Of a stretch of 64,000 nt of DNA, positions 1-9,703 are shown in pieces. Under the pieces are notes generated by a model. It had not been told where the DNA came from. It ran no database searches and saw only the letters and a program-made list of their open reading frames with translations. Position 1 is the stretch's first letter. The number at the start of each line of letters is the position of its first letter. This DNA comes from an uncultured Alphaproteobacteria bacterium (lineage in GTDB: Bacteria > Pseudomonadota > Alphaproteobacteria > HIMB59 > GCA-002718135): NCBI GenBank assembly GCA_902602695.1, contig CACKRO010000001.1:30672-94671 (forward strand), written 5' to 3'. Position numbers and translations under genes: made by a program.

Positions 1-492
1 ATCAGCATTTTTAGCAAAATCATTTTTTTGTTTAATTGCTAAGTCTAAATTTTCATTTGAAATATCTGGACTTCCTTCGGGATGCCCAGCTACACCTACA
101 GATTGATAATTATATTTTGAAAGAAAATCTGTTTTTAGAACATCAATTGAAGAAGAAATTTCACCTGCCTGATTTCCACCGCCACCAATAATTAATATTT
201 TTGAACAACCAGATTCATTTGCAAGTTCACCAATATATTTTTCTAAGTCATTTTTATTGATAATAGTTCTCGCAGGTAAATGAGGTATTACATCAAAACC
301 TTCTAATTTTAGTTTTTTTGCTGTTCTAATTACATTTTTTGAATTTTCATCTGGTAAATAAGTTATATAAACGCCATGATTTTTATCAAGAAATTCAGAA
401 AAGCCTCCATATTTATCGTAAACATTTGGAGTTGTTTCTATAGAATAACTATTGATAAACTTTTTAACAATATTAATGGTTTCTTTAGACAT
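1..492 (-). CDS. metF: methylenetetrahydrofolate reductase family protein, N-terminal part (runs off window)
   Basis: Manual translation from ATG at 492: MSKETINIVKKFINSYSIETTP...VYITYLP...PHLPAR...LIIGG...VGVAGHPEGSPDI; frame open to position 1. Confidence 0.8.
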   Translation of the reverse strand, partial: MSKETINIVKKFINSYSIETTPNVYDKYGGFSEFLDKNHGVYITYLPDENSKNVIRTAKKLKLEGFDVIPHLPARTIINKNDLEKYIGELANESGCSKILIIGGGGNQAGEISSSIDVLKTDFLSKYNYQSVGVAGHPEGSPDISNENLDLAIKQKNDFAKNAD

Positions 493-525
493 AAATTTTT
501 AAAGTTTTTTATATTAATTAGATAA

Positions 526-1461
526 ATGAACAACAAGTACTTTACTATAATTACTTTTTATCAATTCAAAATAATTAAAGATAAAAATGATATTATTACT
601 AAACTTGAAGATTTTTGTAAATTTAATAAAATAAAAGGTACAATATTGATTGCTGATGAAGGTATTAATGGAACAATAGCCGGCTTAGAGAAAAATATAA
701 ATTCATTTATTTTATTTCTTGAAAATTTTCACTTTAAGAAACTTAATCTTAAACGATCAAAATACAAATATATGCCTTTTCAAAAATTTAAAATTAGAAA
801 TAAAAATGAAATAGTCACATTAAGAACCAAATTTGCCGATCCTACAAAAATATCTGGGAAAAAAGTTAAATACAATGAATGGAATAAACTAATTAAAGAC
901 AAAGACACTATTGTGATTGATGTAAGAAATGAATTTGAGGTTAAAATAGGATCTTTTGAAGGAGCAATTAGTCCAAAAACTAAAAGTTTCACTGACTTTA
1001 AATCTTTTGTCCAAAAAAAACTAAATAAATCAAAAGATAAAAAAATTGCTATGTTTTGCACTGGAGGTATCAGGTGTGAAAAGGCTTCATCTTATATGAT
1101 GATGAAGGGTTTTAAAAATGTTGCGCAGTTAGATGGAGGTATACTAAAGTATTTAGAAAAAACTCCAAAAAAGGATTCAATGTGGAACGGTGAATGTTTC
1201 GTATTTGATGGAAGAGTATCTTTGAAAAATGAATTAAAAGATGGAACTTACAAACTTTGTCATGCTTGTTGGCTACCGATTAGTGATAAAGATACCTATT
1301 CTAAATATTATAACCCAGGTGTATCTTGTCATAATTGTTTTGATAATACATCTGATGAAAAGAAAAAAAACTTACTTGAAAGAAATAAACAAATTAAACT
1401 TGATAAAAAAAGAGGAAATTTTAACCGTTTTATTAAGCAGTCAATTTCTGATTATGAATAA
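526..1461 (+). CDS. trhO: rhodanese-domain tRNA uridine(34) hydroxylase (UPF0176/YceA)
   Basis: Motifs GTILIADEGINGT, DVRNEFE, FCTGGIRCEK, GGILKYLE, GECFVFD. Confidence 0.9.
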   Translation: MNNKYFTIITFYQFKIIKDKNDIITKLEDFCKFNKIKGTILIADEGINGTIAGLEKNINSFILFLENFHFKKLNLKRSKYKYMPFQKFKIRNKNEIVTLRTKFADPTKISGKKVKYNEWNKLIKDKDTIVIDVRNEFEVKIGSFEGAISPKTKSFTDFKSFVQKKLNKSKDKKIAMFCTGGIRCEKASSYMMMKGFKNVAQLDGGILKYLEKTPKKDSMWNGECFVFDGRVSLKNELKDGTYKLCHACWLPISDKDTYSKYYNPGVSCHNCFDNTSDEKKKNLLERNKQIKLDKKRGNFNRFIKQSISDYE

Positions 1462-1502
1462 ATAATACTTTATTTCATATAATTATTCTGTATAGACACT
1501 TC

Positions 1503-1697
1503 ATGGCAAAAAAAACTTCATTCGCTCTAAAACAATTAGTTCCTGAAGAAAATCCCAAAACAGGAACCAAGTATATTGTAAGAAAACCAACAAAAGGATT
1601 GAAAGTTGCTGAAAAGCTTCGAATGAAAAAATACGATCCTGTGTTAAAAAAACACGTTTGGTTTGTTGAGAAAAAAATGCCTCCTCATAGTAAATAA
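1503..1697 (+). CDS. rpmG: 50S ribosomal protein L33 (cysteine-free)
   Basis: KLRMKKYDPVLKKHVWFVEKK C-terminal signature. Confidence 0.9.
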   Translation: MAKKTSFALKQLVPEENPKTGTKYIVRKPTKGLKVAEKLRMKKYDPVLKKHVWFVEKKMPPHSK

Positions 1698-1743
1698 TAG
1701 ATTTACCTCTTTAATTTATTCTATTTTAACATAATTTAAATTT

Positions 1744-3165
1744 ATGACAGTCACTTATGGTGTACATTGGTTTAGACAAGATTTACGATTACAAGAAAAT
1801 CCATCTATATTGTCACTTTCAAAAAAAGTTGATCAAATAATTCCAATTTATATTTTTGATTTAAATCAAAGAATTGGATCAACATCCAAATGGTGGTTAG
1901 AAAAATCTTTAATTAGTTTATGTGATTCAATACAAAAGCATAAAGGCAAACTAAATATATTTTCTGGTGATCCAGAGAAAATTATATCTTCAATATTAAA
2001 GAATTCAAATGTTAAATGTGTATCTTGGAATAGACTATATGATCCATACTCAATTAAAAGAGATACTAAAATTAAATCCTTAATTACCTCATCTAAAATA
2101 GAGTGTGACTCACATAATGGATATCTTTTAAATGAACCCTGGAATATTCAAAATAAAAGTGGAACCTTTTTTAAAGTATTTACTCCTTACTGGCGACACT
2201 GTGATGAAGTACTAAAACAAAAAGAAAATAAATTTAAAAAAATAAAAATAAATTACGCCAATTCAAAATTTAAAAATGAAATAACTATACTAGATTTAAA
2301 TCTAACAAATAAAAAAGATCAATGGATAAAAAAAATTGAAAGATATTGGATACCTGGTGAGAGTCATGCAAAATCGCAATTAAAAAAATATATTTCACAA
2401 AAAGCAAATCACTATTCTGTTGGAAGAGATAGACCCGATAAAGATTTAACTTCAAAATTATCACCTTATCTTCATTTTGGAGAAATATCTGCTTTGGAAG
2501 TTTATGATACAGTTAATAAAGAAAAAAAAATTGATCATGAAAATAAAAAAAAATTTCTTGCCGAACTTGGCTGGAGAGATTTTTCTTATAATCTCTTATT
2601 TCACTATCCAGATATGATCCAAAAACCTATACAAACTAAATTTAATAAATTTCCATGGATAAAAAATGCTAAAAATTTATCATTATGGCATAATGGTAAA
2701 ACTGGTATTCCAATTGTTGATGCTGGAATGAGACAACTATATAAAACTGGCTGGATGCATAATAGAGTAAGAATGATTGTAGGTTCATTTTTAACAAAAA
2801 ATTTATTGTTACATTGGAAAAATGGAGAAGAGTGGTTTTTTGATACTTTAGTAGATGCTGATGTTGGTTCTAATTCTGCAGGTTGGCAATGGATTTCTGG
2901 TTGTGGTGCTGATGCAAGTCCATATTTTAGAATTTTTAACCCAATTTTGCAGGGACAAAAATTTGATCCAGATGGTGATTATGTAAAAGAATTTGTTCCT
3001 GAGTTGAATAATGTCCCAAAAAAATATATTCATAACCCTTGGGAGATGTCTAAGGAAGATCAAAAAAAATATAATTTTAAGATTGGCAATTCATACCCAA
3101 CACCAATAGTAGATTTAAAAGAAACAAGAAATAGAGCATTATCAGCATTTAAAACTATTAGTTGA
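1744..3165 (+). CDS. phrB: deoxyribodipyrimidine (CPD) photolyase
   Basis: WFRQDLRL, SKLSPYLHFGEIS, WRDF, TGWMHNRVRM, APYFRIFNP-like motif. Confidence 0.93.
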   Translation: MTVTYGVHWFRQDLRLQENPSILSLSKKVDQIIPIYIFDLNQRIGSTSKWWLEKSLISLCDSIQKHKGKLNIFSGDPEKIISSILKNSNVKCVSWNRLYDPYSIKRDTKIKSLITSSKIECDSHNGYLLNEPWNIQNKSGTFFKVFTPYWRHCDEVLKQKENKFKKIKINYANSKFKNEITILDLNLTNKKDQWIKKIERYWIPGESHAKSQLKKYISQKANHYSVGRDRPDKDLTSKLSPYLHFGEISALEVYDTVNKEKKIDHENKKKFLAELGWRDFSYNLLFHYPDMIQKPIQTKFNKFPWIKNAKNLSLWHNGKTGIPIVDAGMRQLYKTGWMHNRVRMIVGSFLTKNLLLHWKNGEEWFFDTLVDADVGSNSAGWQWISGCGADASPYFRIFNPILQGQKFDPDGDYVKEFVPELNNVPKKYIHNPWEMSKEDQKKYNFKIGNSYPTPIVDLKETRNRALSAFKTIS

Positions 3166-3166
3166 T

Positions 3167-4459
3167 GTGAGAGAAAAAATAGCAATTATTGGTTCCGGTA
3201 TTTCAGGAATAAGTGCAGCATACTTATTGTCTTCTAAATATGATGTTTTTTTATTTGAAAAAAATAATAGATTAGGTGGACATACAAGAACTATTTATGT
3301 TGAAGAATTAACAAATACAATTCCAGTCGATACAGGATTTATTGTATTCAATGAAAATAATTATCCAGATTTAACTAATTTTTTTAAATTACTTGATGTG
3401 AAATGCAAAAATTCAGATATGTCTTTTGCCGTCTCAAATCAAGATCCTACAATTGAATATAGTGGTAAAAATATCTTTTCTCTTTTTGCTAATTTCAGAA
3501 ATATGTTTTCTTTAAATTTTTTTAAAATGTTATTTGAAATAAGAAAACTTTATTTACTGTGTAACAGCTTGAATGTAAGTGATTTAGAACAAACTAAAAC
3601 GTTAAATGATTTTTTAAAAACTAATAATTTTTCAAGATATTTAATAAATTATCATATATTACCTATGATATCATCTATATGGTCAAGCAATATAAGTGAT
3701 GTAAAAAATTTTCCTCTCATAACATTCATTAATTTTTTTAAAAATCATGCTTTGTTTAATTTAAAAAAAAGACCTCAATGGAAATACGTAGAAGGTGGAA
3801 GTAATGAGTATGTAAAAAAAATTATTAATAAAAATGTTTTTAAGTATGAAACAAATTTCAAAATTAAAAAAATTATTAGAGAAAATAATAAAATTAAAAT
3901 AGAGAATAATAATAATATATTAGAATTTCATAAGGTAATATTCGCAACTCATGCTAATCAAGTATTGGATATTTTGGAGAAACCGACACAAGAAGAAGTA
4001 AAAATATTTTCACAATTTAAATATTCAACTAACTCGGCGATACTTCACTCCGATCAATCTTTAATGCCTAAATCAAAAATTGCTTGGTCAAGTTGGAATT
4101 TTTTAAATAAATCATCATCTTCTAAATTTACTTTAACTTATTGGATGAATCTCTTGCAAAAATTACCAACTAAACAAAATTATTTTGTAACTGTTAACCC
4201 TTATAAAAAACCTAAAAATATAATTAACGAAACAACATTTGATCATCCAATATATTCTACAGATACTATTTTAGCTCAAAAAAACGTTATGGAAATTCAA
4301 GGAAAGAATAATACTTTTTTCTGCGGTGCCTACCTTGGATATGGTTTTCATGAAGACGGCATTCAATCATCTTCTTATATTTGTAAATTATTACATTGTG
4401 ATTTACCTTGGAAGAGAGAGAAAAATTTTTATAATAGATTGCAAATTAATTTTGAATGA
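3167..4459 (+). CDS. FAD-dependent oxidoreductase (amine oxidase superfamily; UfaD/RSP1091-like)
   Basis: GTG start; GxGxxG, GGHTRT, VDTGFIVFN, WSSWN, GYGFHEDG; upstream of DUF1365 and cfa. Confidence 0.85.
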   Translation: MREKIAIIGSGISGISAAYLLSSKYDVFLFEKNNRLGGHTRTIYVEELTNTIPVDTGFIVFNENNYPDLTNFFKLLDVKCKNSDMSFAVSNQDPTIEYSGKNIFSLFANFRNMFSLNFFKMLFEIRKLYLLCNSLNVSDLEQTKTLNDFLKTNNFSRYLINYHILPMISSIWSSNISDVKNFPLITFINFFKNHALFNLKKRPQWKYVEGGSNEYVKKIINKNVFKYETNFKIKKIIRENNKIKIENNNNILEFHKVIFATHANQVLDILEKPTQEEVKIFSQFKYSTNSAILHSDQSLMPKSKIAWSSWNFLNKSSSSKFTLTYWMNLLQKLPTKQNYFVTVNPYKKPKNIINETTFDHPIYSTDTILAQKNVMEIQGKNNTFFCGAYLGYGFHEDGIQSSSYICKLLHCDLPWKREKNFYNRLQINFE

Positions 4460-5229
4460 TTTCTCAAATATTATTATCCAGTATTGTACATAAAAGATTT
4501 ATTCCATTTAAACACACATTGAAATATGAGGTGCCAAGTCTTTTTATTAATTTAGATAATCTCGATCAATTAAGTAAAAATTATAAATTTTTTTCATTAA
4601 ACTCATTTAATCTTTTTTCTATATATGAAAATGATCATGGATATAGAGACAAAAGGTCAATAAAGACATTCGTTAAAGATTCCCTCTCTAAATATAATAT
4701 TAAATATAAACATCTTAATATAATGATATTATGTTTTCCAAGAATTTTTGGATACGTTTTTGATCCTTTATCAATTATCTATTGTTATGATGATAAAAAA
4801 TTAATATCTATTTTCTATGAAGTCAAAAATACGACTAATGAACAACACACTTATATTTTTAAAGGAAATGTAAATTTTGAAGATTTTAAATTATCTCATG
4901 AATGTGCTAAACAGTTTTATGTATCTCCATTCATAGAAATGAAGGCAAATTATAAATTTTTTAATCGAATGCAAAAAGATAAAATAAATATTAATATTGA
5001 TCTTTATGATAAAAATAATAAAAAAGTTTTAACAGCTTCTCAGCATGGCAAATTTATAGATTTTAACTCAAAAAATATGTTTAAATTTTTATATTATAAC
5101 CCACTCTTTGGTTTTAAGGTAATGGCTGGAATTCTTTATGAGGCTTTAAAAATAATTTACAAAGGTGGTAAATATTATGCACGAAAAAAGAAACCAAATG
5201 ATACAGTAAGTTTTGAAGGTAATTTTTAA
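4456..5229 (+). CDS. DUF1365 family protein (UfaO/RSP1090-like)
   Basis: HKRF, PRIFGYVFDPLS, YEVKNT, KQFYVSPF motifs; synteny. Confidence 0.85.
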   Translation: MISQILLSSIVHKRFIPFKHTLKYEVPSLFINLDNLDQLSKNYKFFSLNSFNLFSIYENDHGYRDKRSIKTFVKDSLSKYNIKYKHLNIMILCFPRIFGYVFDPLSIIYCYDDKKLISIFYEVKNTTNEQHTYIFKGNVNFEDFKLSHECAKQFYVSPFIEMKANYKFFNRMQKDKININIDLYDKNNKKVLTASQHGKFIDFNSKNMFKFLYYNPLFGFKVMAGILYEALKIIYKGGKYYARKKKPNDTVSFEGNF

Positions 5230-6423
5230 ATGAACTTTTTTAAAACAAATTTTGATAAAACTGTCGAAAAATTATTAGTAAATTTTTTATCTAAAATTCG
5301 ATATGGAAAATTATCAGTTCAATTTCCAACTGGTGAAGAGAGAGTTTTTGTTGGTAAAGAGAAGGATATATCTGCAAATATAAAAATTTATAATTATAAT
5401 TTTCTAAATTTAATTTTTAAAAAAGGTTCTGTAGGTTTTGCAGAAGCTTATATGAATGGTTACTTTACAAGCACAGATTTAACTAACTTATTACTACTTT
5501 CTCACAAAAATGAGAGTTATTTTTTGCAAAGTATAAATACTAACCTTTTTTTTGCAACCTTTGCCAAATTAAAACATTTTTTAAAAAACAATTCAAAATC
5601 GCAAAGTAAAAAAAATATTAAATATCATTATGATTTAGGAAATAATTTTTACGAAAAGTGGTTAGATAAGACCATGACTTATTCTTCAGCTATTTTTGAT
5701 AATAAGAATACCAATTTATCAGATGCACAATTTAACAAATACAGAAAAATTGCTGAATCTTTATCATTAGACTCAAATTCTAAAACTTTAGAAATTGGAT
5801 GTGGATGGGGTGGTTTTTCTTCATTTATTGCTAAAAATTACAATTGTTCAGTTGATGCTATAACTATTTCCAAGGAACAATATGAATATGCTTCTGAAAA
5901 AATTCAAAATGAAGGATTGTCTGAAAAAGTATCAGTTATATTTACAGATTATAGAGATATCAAAAAAAAATATTCTAATATTGTTTCAATTGAAATGTTT
6001 GAAGCAGTTGGAAAAAAATACTGGCATAATTATTTTGATACAATTCGCAATTCTCTCAACGATGGTGGTATGTGTGCACTACAAGTCATAACCATTGATG
6101 AAAAAAAGGCTAAAGATTATCAAAATAGACCAGATTTTATTCAACAATATATATTTCCAGGTGGAATGCTACCAACTAAAAAACAATTTGAATATTCAGC
6201 AAAAAACGTTGGGTTAAAATGTATTGAAAATTTAAGCTTTGGAGGTTCTTACGCAAAAACGCTAAAAATGTGGAACACGCAATTTCAAAAATCTTGGAAT
6301 GATTTATCAAATTTTGGCTTTGATATTAAATTTAAAAGAATGTGGGAATTTTATTTGTCTTATTGTGAAACAGGTTTTTCTAATAGCTCAACTGATGTTT
6401 CTCATTTTTTAATTCAAAAATAG
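5230..6423 (+). CDS. cfa: cyclopropane-fatty-acyl-phospholipid synthase family SAM methyltransferase (UfaM-like)
   Basis: HYDLGNNFY, MTYSSA, LEIGCGWG, SIEMFEAVG, YIFPGG, WEFYLSYCE. Confidence 0.9.
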   Translation: MNFFKTNFDKTVEKLLVNFLSKIRYGKLSVQFPTGEERVFVGKEKDISANIKIYNYNFLNLIFKKGSVGFAEAYMNGYFTSTDLTNLLLLSHKNESYFLQSINTNLFFATFAKLKHFLKNNSKSQSKKNIKYHYDLGNNFYEKWLDKTMTYSSAIFDNKNTNLSDAQFNKYRKIAESLSLDSNSKTLEIGCGWGGFSSFIAKNYNCSVDAITISKEQYEYASEKIQNEGLSEKVSVIFTDYRDIKKKYSNIVSIEMFEAVGKKYWHNYFDTIRNSLNDGGMCALQVITIDEKKAKDYQNRPDFIQQYIFPGGMLPTKKQFEYSAKNVGLKCIENLSFGGSYAKTLKMWNTQFQKSWNDLSNFGFDIKFKRMWEFYLSYCETGFSNSSTDVSHFLIQK

Positions 6424-6425
6424 AA

Positions 6426-6938
6426 ATGCAAAAAACAAAAATATTTTTAGTCTTAACAGGCTATCAAATGACTTGGTTAGCTTGCGTATTTGGCGAAACA
6501 AAATTTTCTTATCCTATGATAGGTTTTTTGGTTGGAATTATTTTCTTATTAACTTATTTTTATTTTAATCAGAATAAACAAAAATTTATTAAGATTTCAC
6601 TTTTGATTTCAGTTCCAGGTTATATTTTTGATACTTTATTGGTTTATTTCCAAATATATGATTTTGAAACTATTGCTAAACTTGGCACCTTGCCAATATG
6701 GATGATCGTTTTGTGGTTAAGTTTCAGCACTCTTTTTGATGAAATTCTTACTTTTTTTAAAGGTTATAAAATTTTAGGAATAATTTTAAGTGGAGTTTTA
6801 GGACCTTTAACCTACTATCTTGGCGAACCCATTGGGGTTATAAAAATATATAATTTTCAGGCTTTCATTATTTCAATGATATTATTTTGGATGATCTTGA
6901 TGATTTATTATCTAAACTATGTTGTAAAAACTGATTAG
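6426..6938 (+). CDS. DUF2878 family membrane protein
   Basis: YQMTWLACV, PIWMIVLW, GPLTYY; hydrophobic; follows cfa. Confidence 0.75.
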   Translation: MQKTKIFLVLTGYQMTWLACVFGETKFSYPMIGFLVGIIFLLTYFYFNQNKQKFIKISLLISVPGYIFDTLLVYFQIYDFETIAKLGTLPIWMIVLWLSFSTLFDEILTFFKGYKILGIILSGVLGPLTYYLGEPIGVIKIYNFQAFIISMILFWMILMIYYLNYVVKTD

Positions 6939-7477
6939 CTATCTTTATCTACTTTTTTTATCCTAGTTCTATTTAAAGTTCTTTCGAGATCTTTATAAGT
7001 ACATAAACCTACGTCCATTGGACTCTTTGCTTCAAGCACTGCTTCTCTGTATGTTCCATTTCTTATGGCTTCTACAGTATTTTTTGTTGAACTTGTAAGT
7101 TTTGCGATTTGAGAACTAGTCAATTCAGTTGGATATCTTTTAATAAGCCACAGTATAGCGTATGGCTTTTCTTGCCTCAATGAAAGAGGTGTATATTTTG
7201 CATCTTTTTTTCTAGGAGGCAAATCTTCAATTATTTCAGATTTAATGAGATTTAAACGAGCGTTATTATTCTTTTCACATCTCTCAATTTCCTCTTTTGT
7301 TAATTGATTATTGTCAATTGGATCATAACCTCGCATACCAACAGCAACTTCCCCATCAGCTATTCCCTGAACTTCAAGTTCATGTAAACCACAAAATTCA
7401 GCAATTTGATCGAATGTCAAGGCGGTATTTTCTACTAACCATATTGCTGTTGCTTTAGGCATTAAAGGATATTTCAT
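6935..7477 (-). CDS. trcR: DUF1013 family transcription regulator TrcR
   Basis: PLMPKATAIWLVENTALTFDQIAEFCGLHELEVQGIADGEVA; ATG at 7477 preferred over TTG at 7501. Confidence 0.88.
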   Translation of the reverse strand: MKYPLMPKATAIWLVENTALTFDQIAEFCGLHELEVQGIADGEVAVGMRGYDPIDNNQLTKEEIERCEKNNNARLNLIKSEIIEDLPPRKKDAKYTPLSLRQEKPYAILWLIKRYPTELTSSQIAKLTSSTKNTVEAIRNGTYREAVLEAKSPMDVGLCTYKDLERTLNRTRIKKVDKDS

Positions 7478-7527
7478 AATTGGCTCATATAATATAATCA
7501 AAAAATAATATATAATAAAATATAGCT

Positions 7528-7710
7528 ATGAAAGATTTTTTTGAAGTTGATGAAAAGCAAAAGACAGTTAAAATATTAAATTTGGATGATTTCAGTGTTG
7601 AGGATTTACACCTCTATATTTATGAACTTCAAACTGAAATAAAAAGAGTCAAAGATGAGATAAGGAAGAAGGAAAATTTAAAAATTAATGCTGAAAAGTT
7701 TTTTAAATAA
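7528..7710 (+). CDS. DUF1192 family small protein
   Basis: LDDFSVEDL...I..L..EI.R...AEKFFK pattern; usual position between trcR and rpmE. Confidence 0.75.
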   Translation: MKDFFEVDEKQKTVKILNLDDFSVEDLHLYIYELQTEIKRVKDEIRKKENLKINAEKFFK

Positions 7711-7938
7711 TTATTTATTTATTTTTAGACCTTTAAATCTCTTTTGGAATCTAGCTACTTGTCCTTCAGATTCATTAAGCCCAGCTTTACCACCGGTCCA
7801 AGCAGGATGAGATTTAGAATCAATTTCTAGTTTGAGAGTGTCACCTTCTTTACCCCAAGTAGATCTAGTTTTAAAAGTTGATCCATCAGTCATAACAACG
7901 TTTATTTCGTGGTACTTAGGATGTATGTCTTTTTTCAT
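7711..7938 (-). CDS. rpmE: 50S ribosomal protein L31
   Basis: [10 protein letters not shown]...SHPAWTGG. Confidence 0.95.
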   Translation of the reverse strand: MKKDIHPKYHEINVVMTDGSTFKTRSTWGKEGDTLKLEIDSKSHPAWTGGKAGLNESEGQVARFQKRFKGLKINK

Positions 7939-7962
7939 GCAGTTCTTATATTTATATGAAAA

Positions 7963-8739
7963 TTAAAGTAAAGTAAGTTTTTCAATTAAATCATTATGGA
8001 TTTTATTGTTAGATGCAACTAAATCACGACAATTTGTTTCCCAAGCATTTCCATCAATTTTGGAAACTTTACCTCCCGCTTCTTTAACTAAGAGAATACC
8101 AGAGGAAATATCCCATAAATTGATACCTTTTTCCCAAAAACCATCTAATTTGCCGGATGCAACATAAGCTAAATCCAGACCTGCTGATCCAAGTCTTCTT
8201 ATTCCCGCTGAAGATTTTAGAATTTCATCTATTTCATTTAAATAATTTTTATAAATTCTTTCTCCAAATGGGAGTCCAGTTCCTATCAAACAATCAGAAA
8301 AAATACTTCTATTTGATACTCGAAGTCTAGTATTATTACACCAAGACCCCTTACCTTTTGAGCTCCAAAAAAATTCATTTAAAATTGGATTGTAAATAAC
8401 GCCATCGGTGATTTCATTATTTGTCATTTTGGCAACAACTATTCCAACATGCGGTATTCCATGAATAAAATTAGATGTTCCGTCTATGGGATCAATAATT
8501 ATGGTATTTTCATTACCTTTTATATCACCAGTTTCTTCAGTTATGTAAGTATAGTCTGGATAGTAATATTTTAAAGTCTCTAAAAGTGTTTTCTCTACTT
8601 TTAAATCCGCATTTGTTACAAAATCTCCAACTGATTTAGATTTTATTTGTAAATTTTCTAATTCTCCAAAATCTCTTAATAATATTTTACCAGCTTTTTT
8701 TACAGCTTTTTCAAAAATATTAATTACAGCAGGTTGCAT
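7963..8739 (-). CDS. suhB: inositol monophosphatase family protein
   Basis: IDPIDGTSNF, RRLGSAGLD, WDISSG. Confidence 0.9.
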   Translation of the reverse strand: MQPAVINIFEKAVKKAGKILLRDFGELENLQIKSKSVGDFVTNADLKVEKTLLETLKYYYPDYTYITEETGDIKGNENTIIIDPIDGTSNFIHGIPHVGIVVAKMTNNEITDGVIYNPILNEFFWSSKGKGSWCNNTRLRVSNRSIFSDCLIGTGLPFGERIYKNYLNEIDEILKSSAGIRRLGSAGLDLAYVASGKLDGFWEKGINLWDISSGILLVKEAGGKVSKIDGNAWETNCRDLVASNNKIHNDLIEKLTLL

Positions 8740-9308
8740 TAATTTTTAGATTTTTCAATATAACTACTATCAATTGTACTGATTACTATTTTATCATCAA
8801 CTGCAATAAATTGAGGCACAGATGTTTTAATATTCTTTTCTAAAGTTGCTGGTTTATACGAAGATGCAGCTGTCTGACCTTTTACGACCCCTTCAGTTTC
8901 CACAACAGTTAATACGATACTATCAGGTAAATCAATACCGACTGGTTTTTCATTATAGAAGTTAATAAGGACATCACTATTCTCAATTAAAAATTTTGAT
9001 TGATCTTTAGTTAATATGTCGGAACCAAGCTCTATTTGCTCATAGGTTTGTTTATCCATAAATATAAAGTTGTTATTATCCTCATAAAGATACTGGTATT
9101 CTTTTTCATCAAGAATAGCTCTTTCAACTGTTTCTGATGATCTAAACCTATTATTCATTTTAGTACCGTCCCTTATTTCTTTAAGTTCAGCCTGTAAGTA
9201 TGCCCCTCCTTTACCTGGTTGAGTATGCTGCGTTTTCAAAACCTTCCAGAGTTTATTATTAATCTCTAAAATATTTCCCACTTTAATTTCATTGCCATCT
9301 ATTTTCAT
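8739..9308 (-). CDS. efp: elongation factor P
   Basis: QPGKGGAY, GQTAASSYKPA, VPQFI. Confidence 0.95.
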   Translation of the reverse strand: MKIDGNEIKVGNILEINNKLWKVLKTQHTQPGKGGAYLQAELKEIRDGTKMNNRFRSSETVERAILDEKEYQYLYEDNNNFIFMDKQTYEQIELGSDILTKDQSKFLIENSDVLINFYNEKPVGIDLPDSIVLTVVETEGVVKGQTAASSYKPATLEKNIKTSVPQFIAVDDKIVISTIDSSYIEKSKN

Positions 9309-9703
9309 AATTTTATCATTAATTTTTTTTCTATATTTTTAATTTTTGTAAGATCTACTACATCAAAAGTAGGATTTAATAAAATGTTATTTTTTTTAGC
9401 AATTTGATTAATTTTATTTAAGATAATTTTATTATTTTTTAATTTTATATAATCAATATTTTCATGAGTTAATAAAATACTTAGACCTTGATCATAGCCT
9501 GAGTCAACAAAAAATTTGGTATTATGTGTCTTATATTTTTTATTAATATAGTTTATTAATGACCTTAACCACTCTACTCCAAAACCTTTAATCAAGAAAT
9601 ATTTTATTAATATAACTGAAGTCTTAAATTTTGATTTTCTAAATTGTATTAAACTTTCAATTTGTGTTAGTGTGGATACTGCAAAACAAATTTTTTTAGG
9701 CAC
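9305..9703 (-). CDS. hypothetical protein
   Basis: 132-aa ORF overlapping gap and efp ends; GTG start. Confidence 0.6.
   Translation of the reverse strand: MPKKICFAVSTLTQIESLIQFRKSKFKTSVILIKYFLIKGFGVEWLRSLINYINKKYKTHNTKFFVDSGYDQGLSILLTHENIDYIKLKNNKIILNKINQIAKKNNILLNPTFDVVDLTKIKNIEKKLMIKL

Noticed and set aside
1698-1743. RpoE (sigmaE-ChrR) promoter upstream of photolyase
   Set aside because: No TGATCC-like -35 element in this gap.
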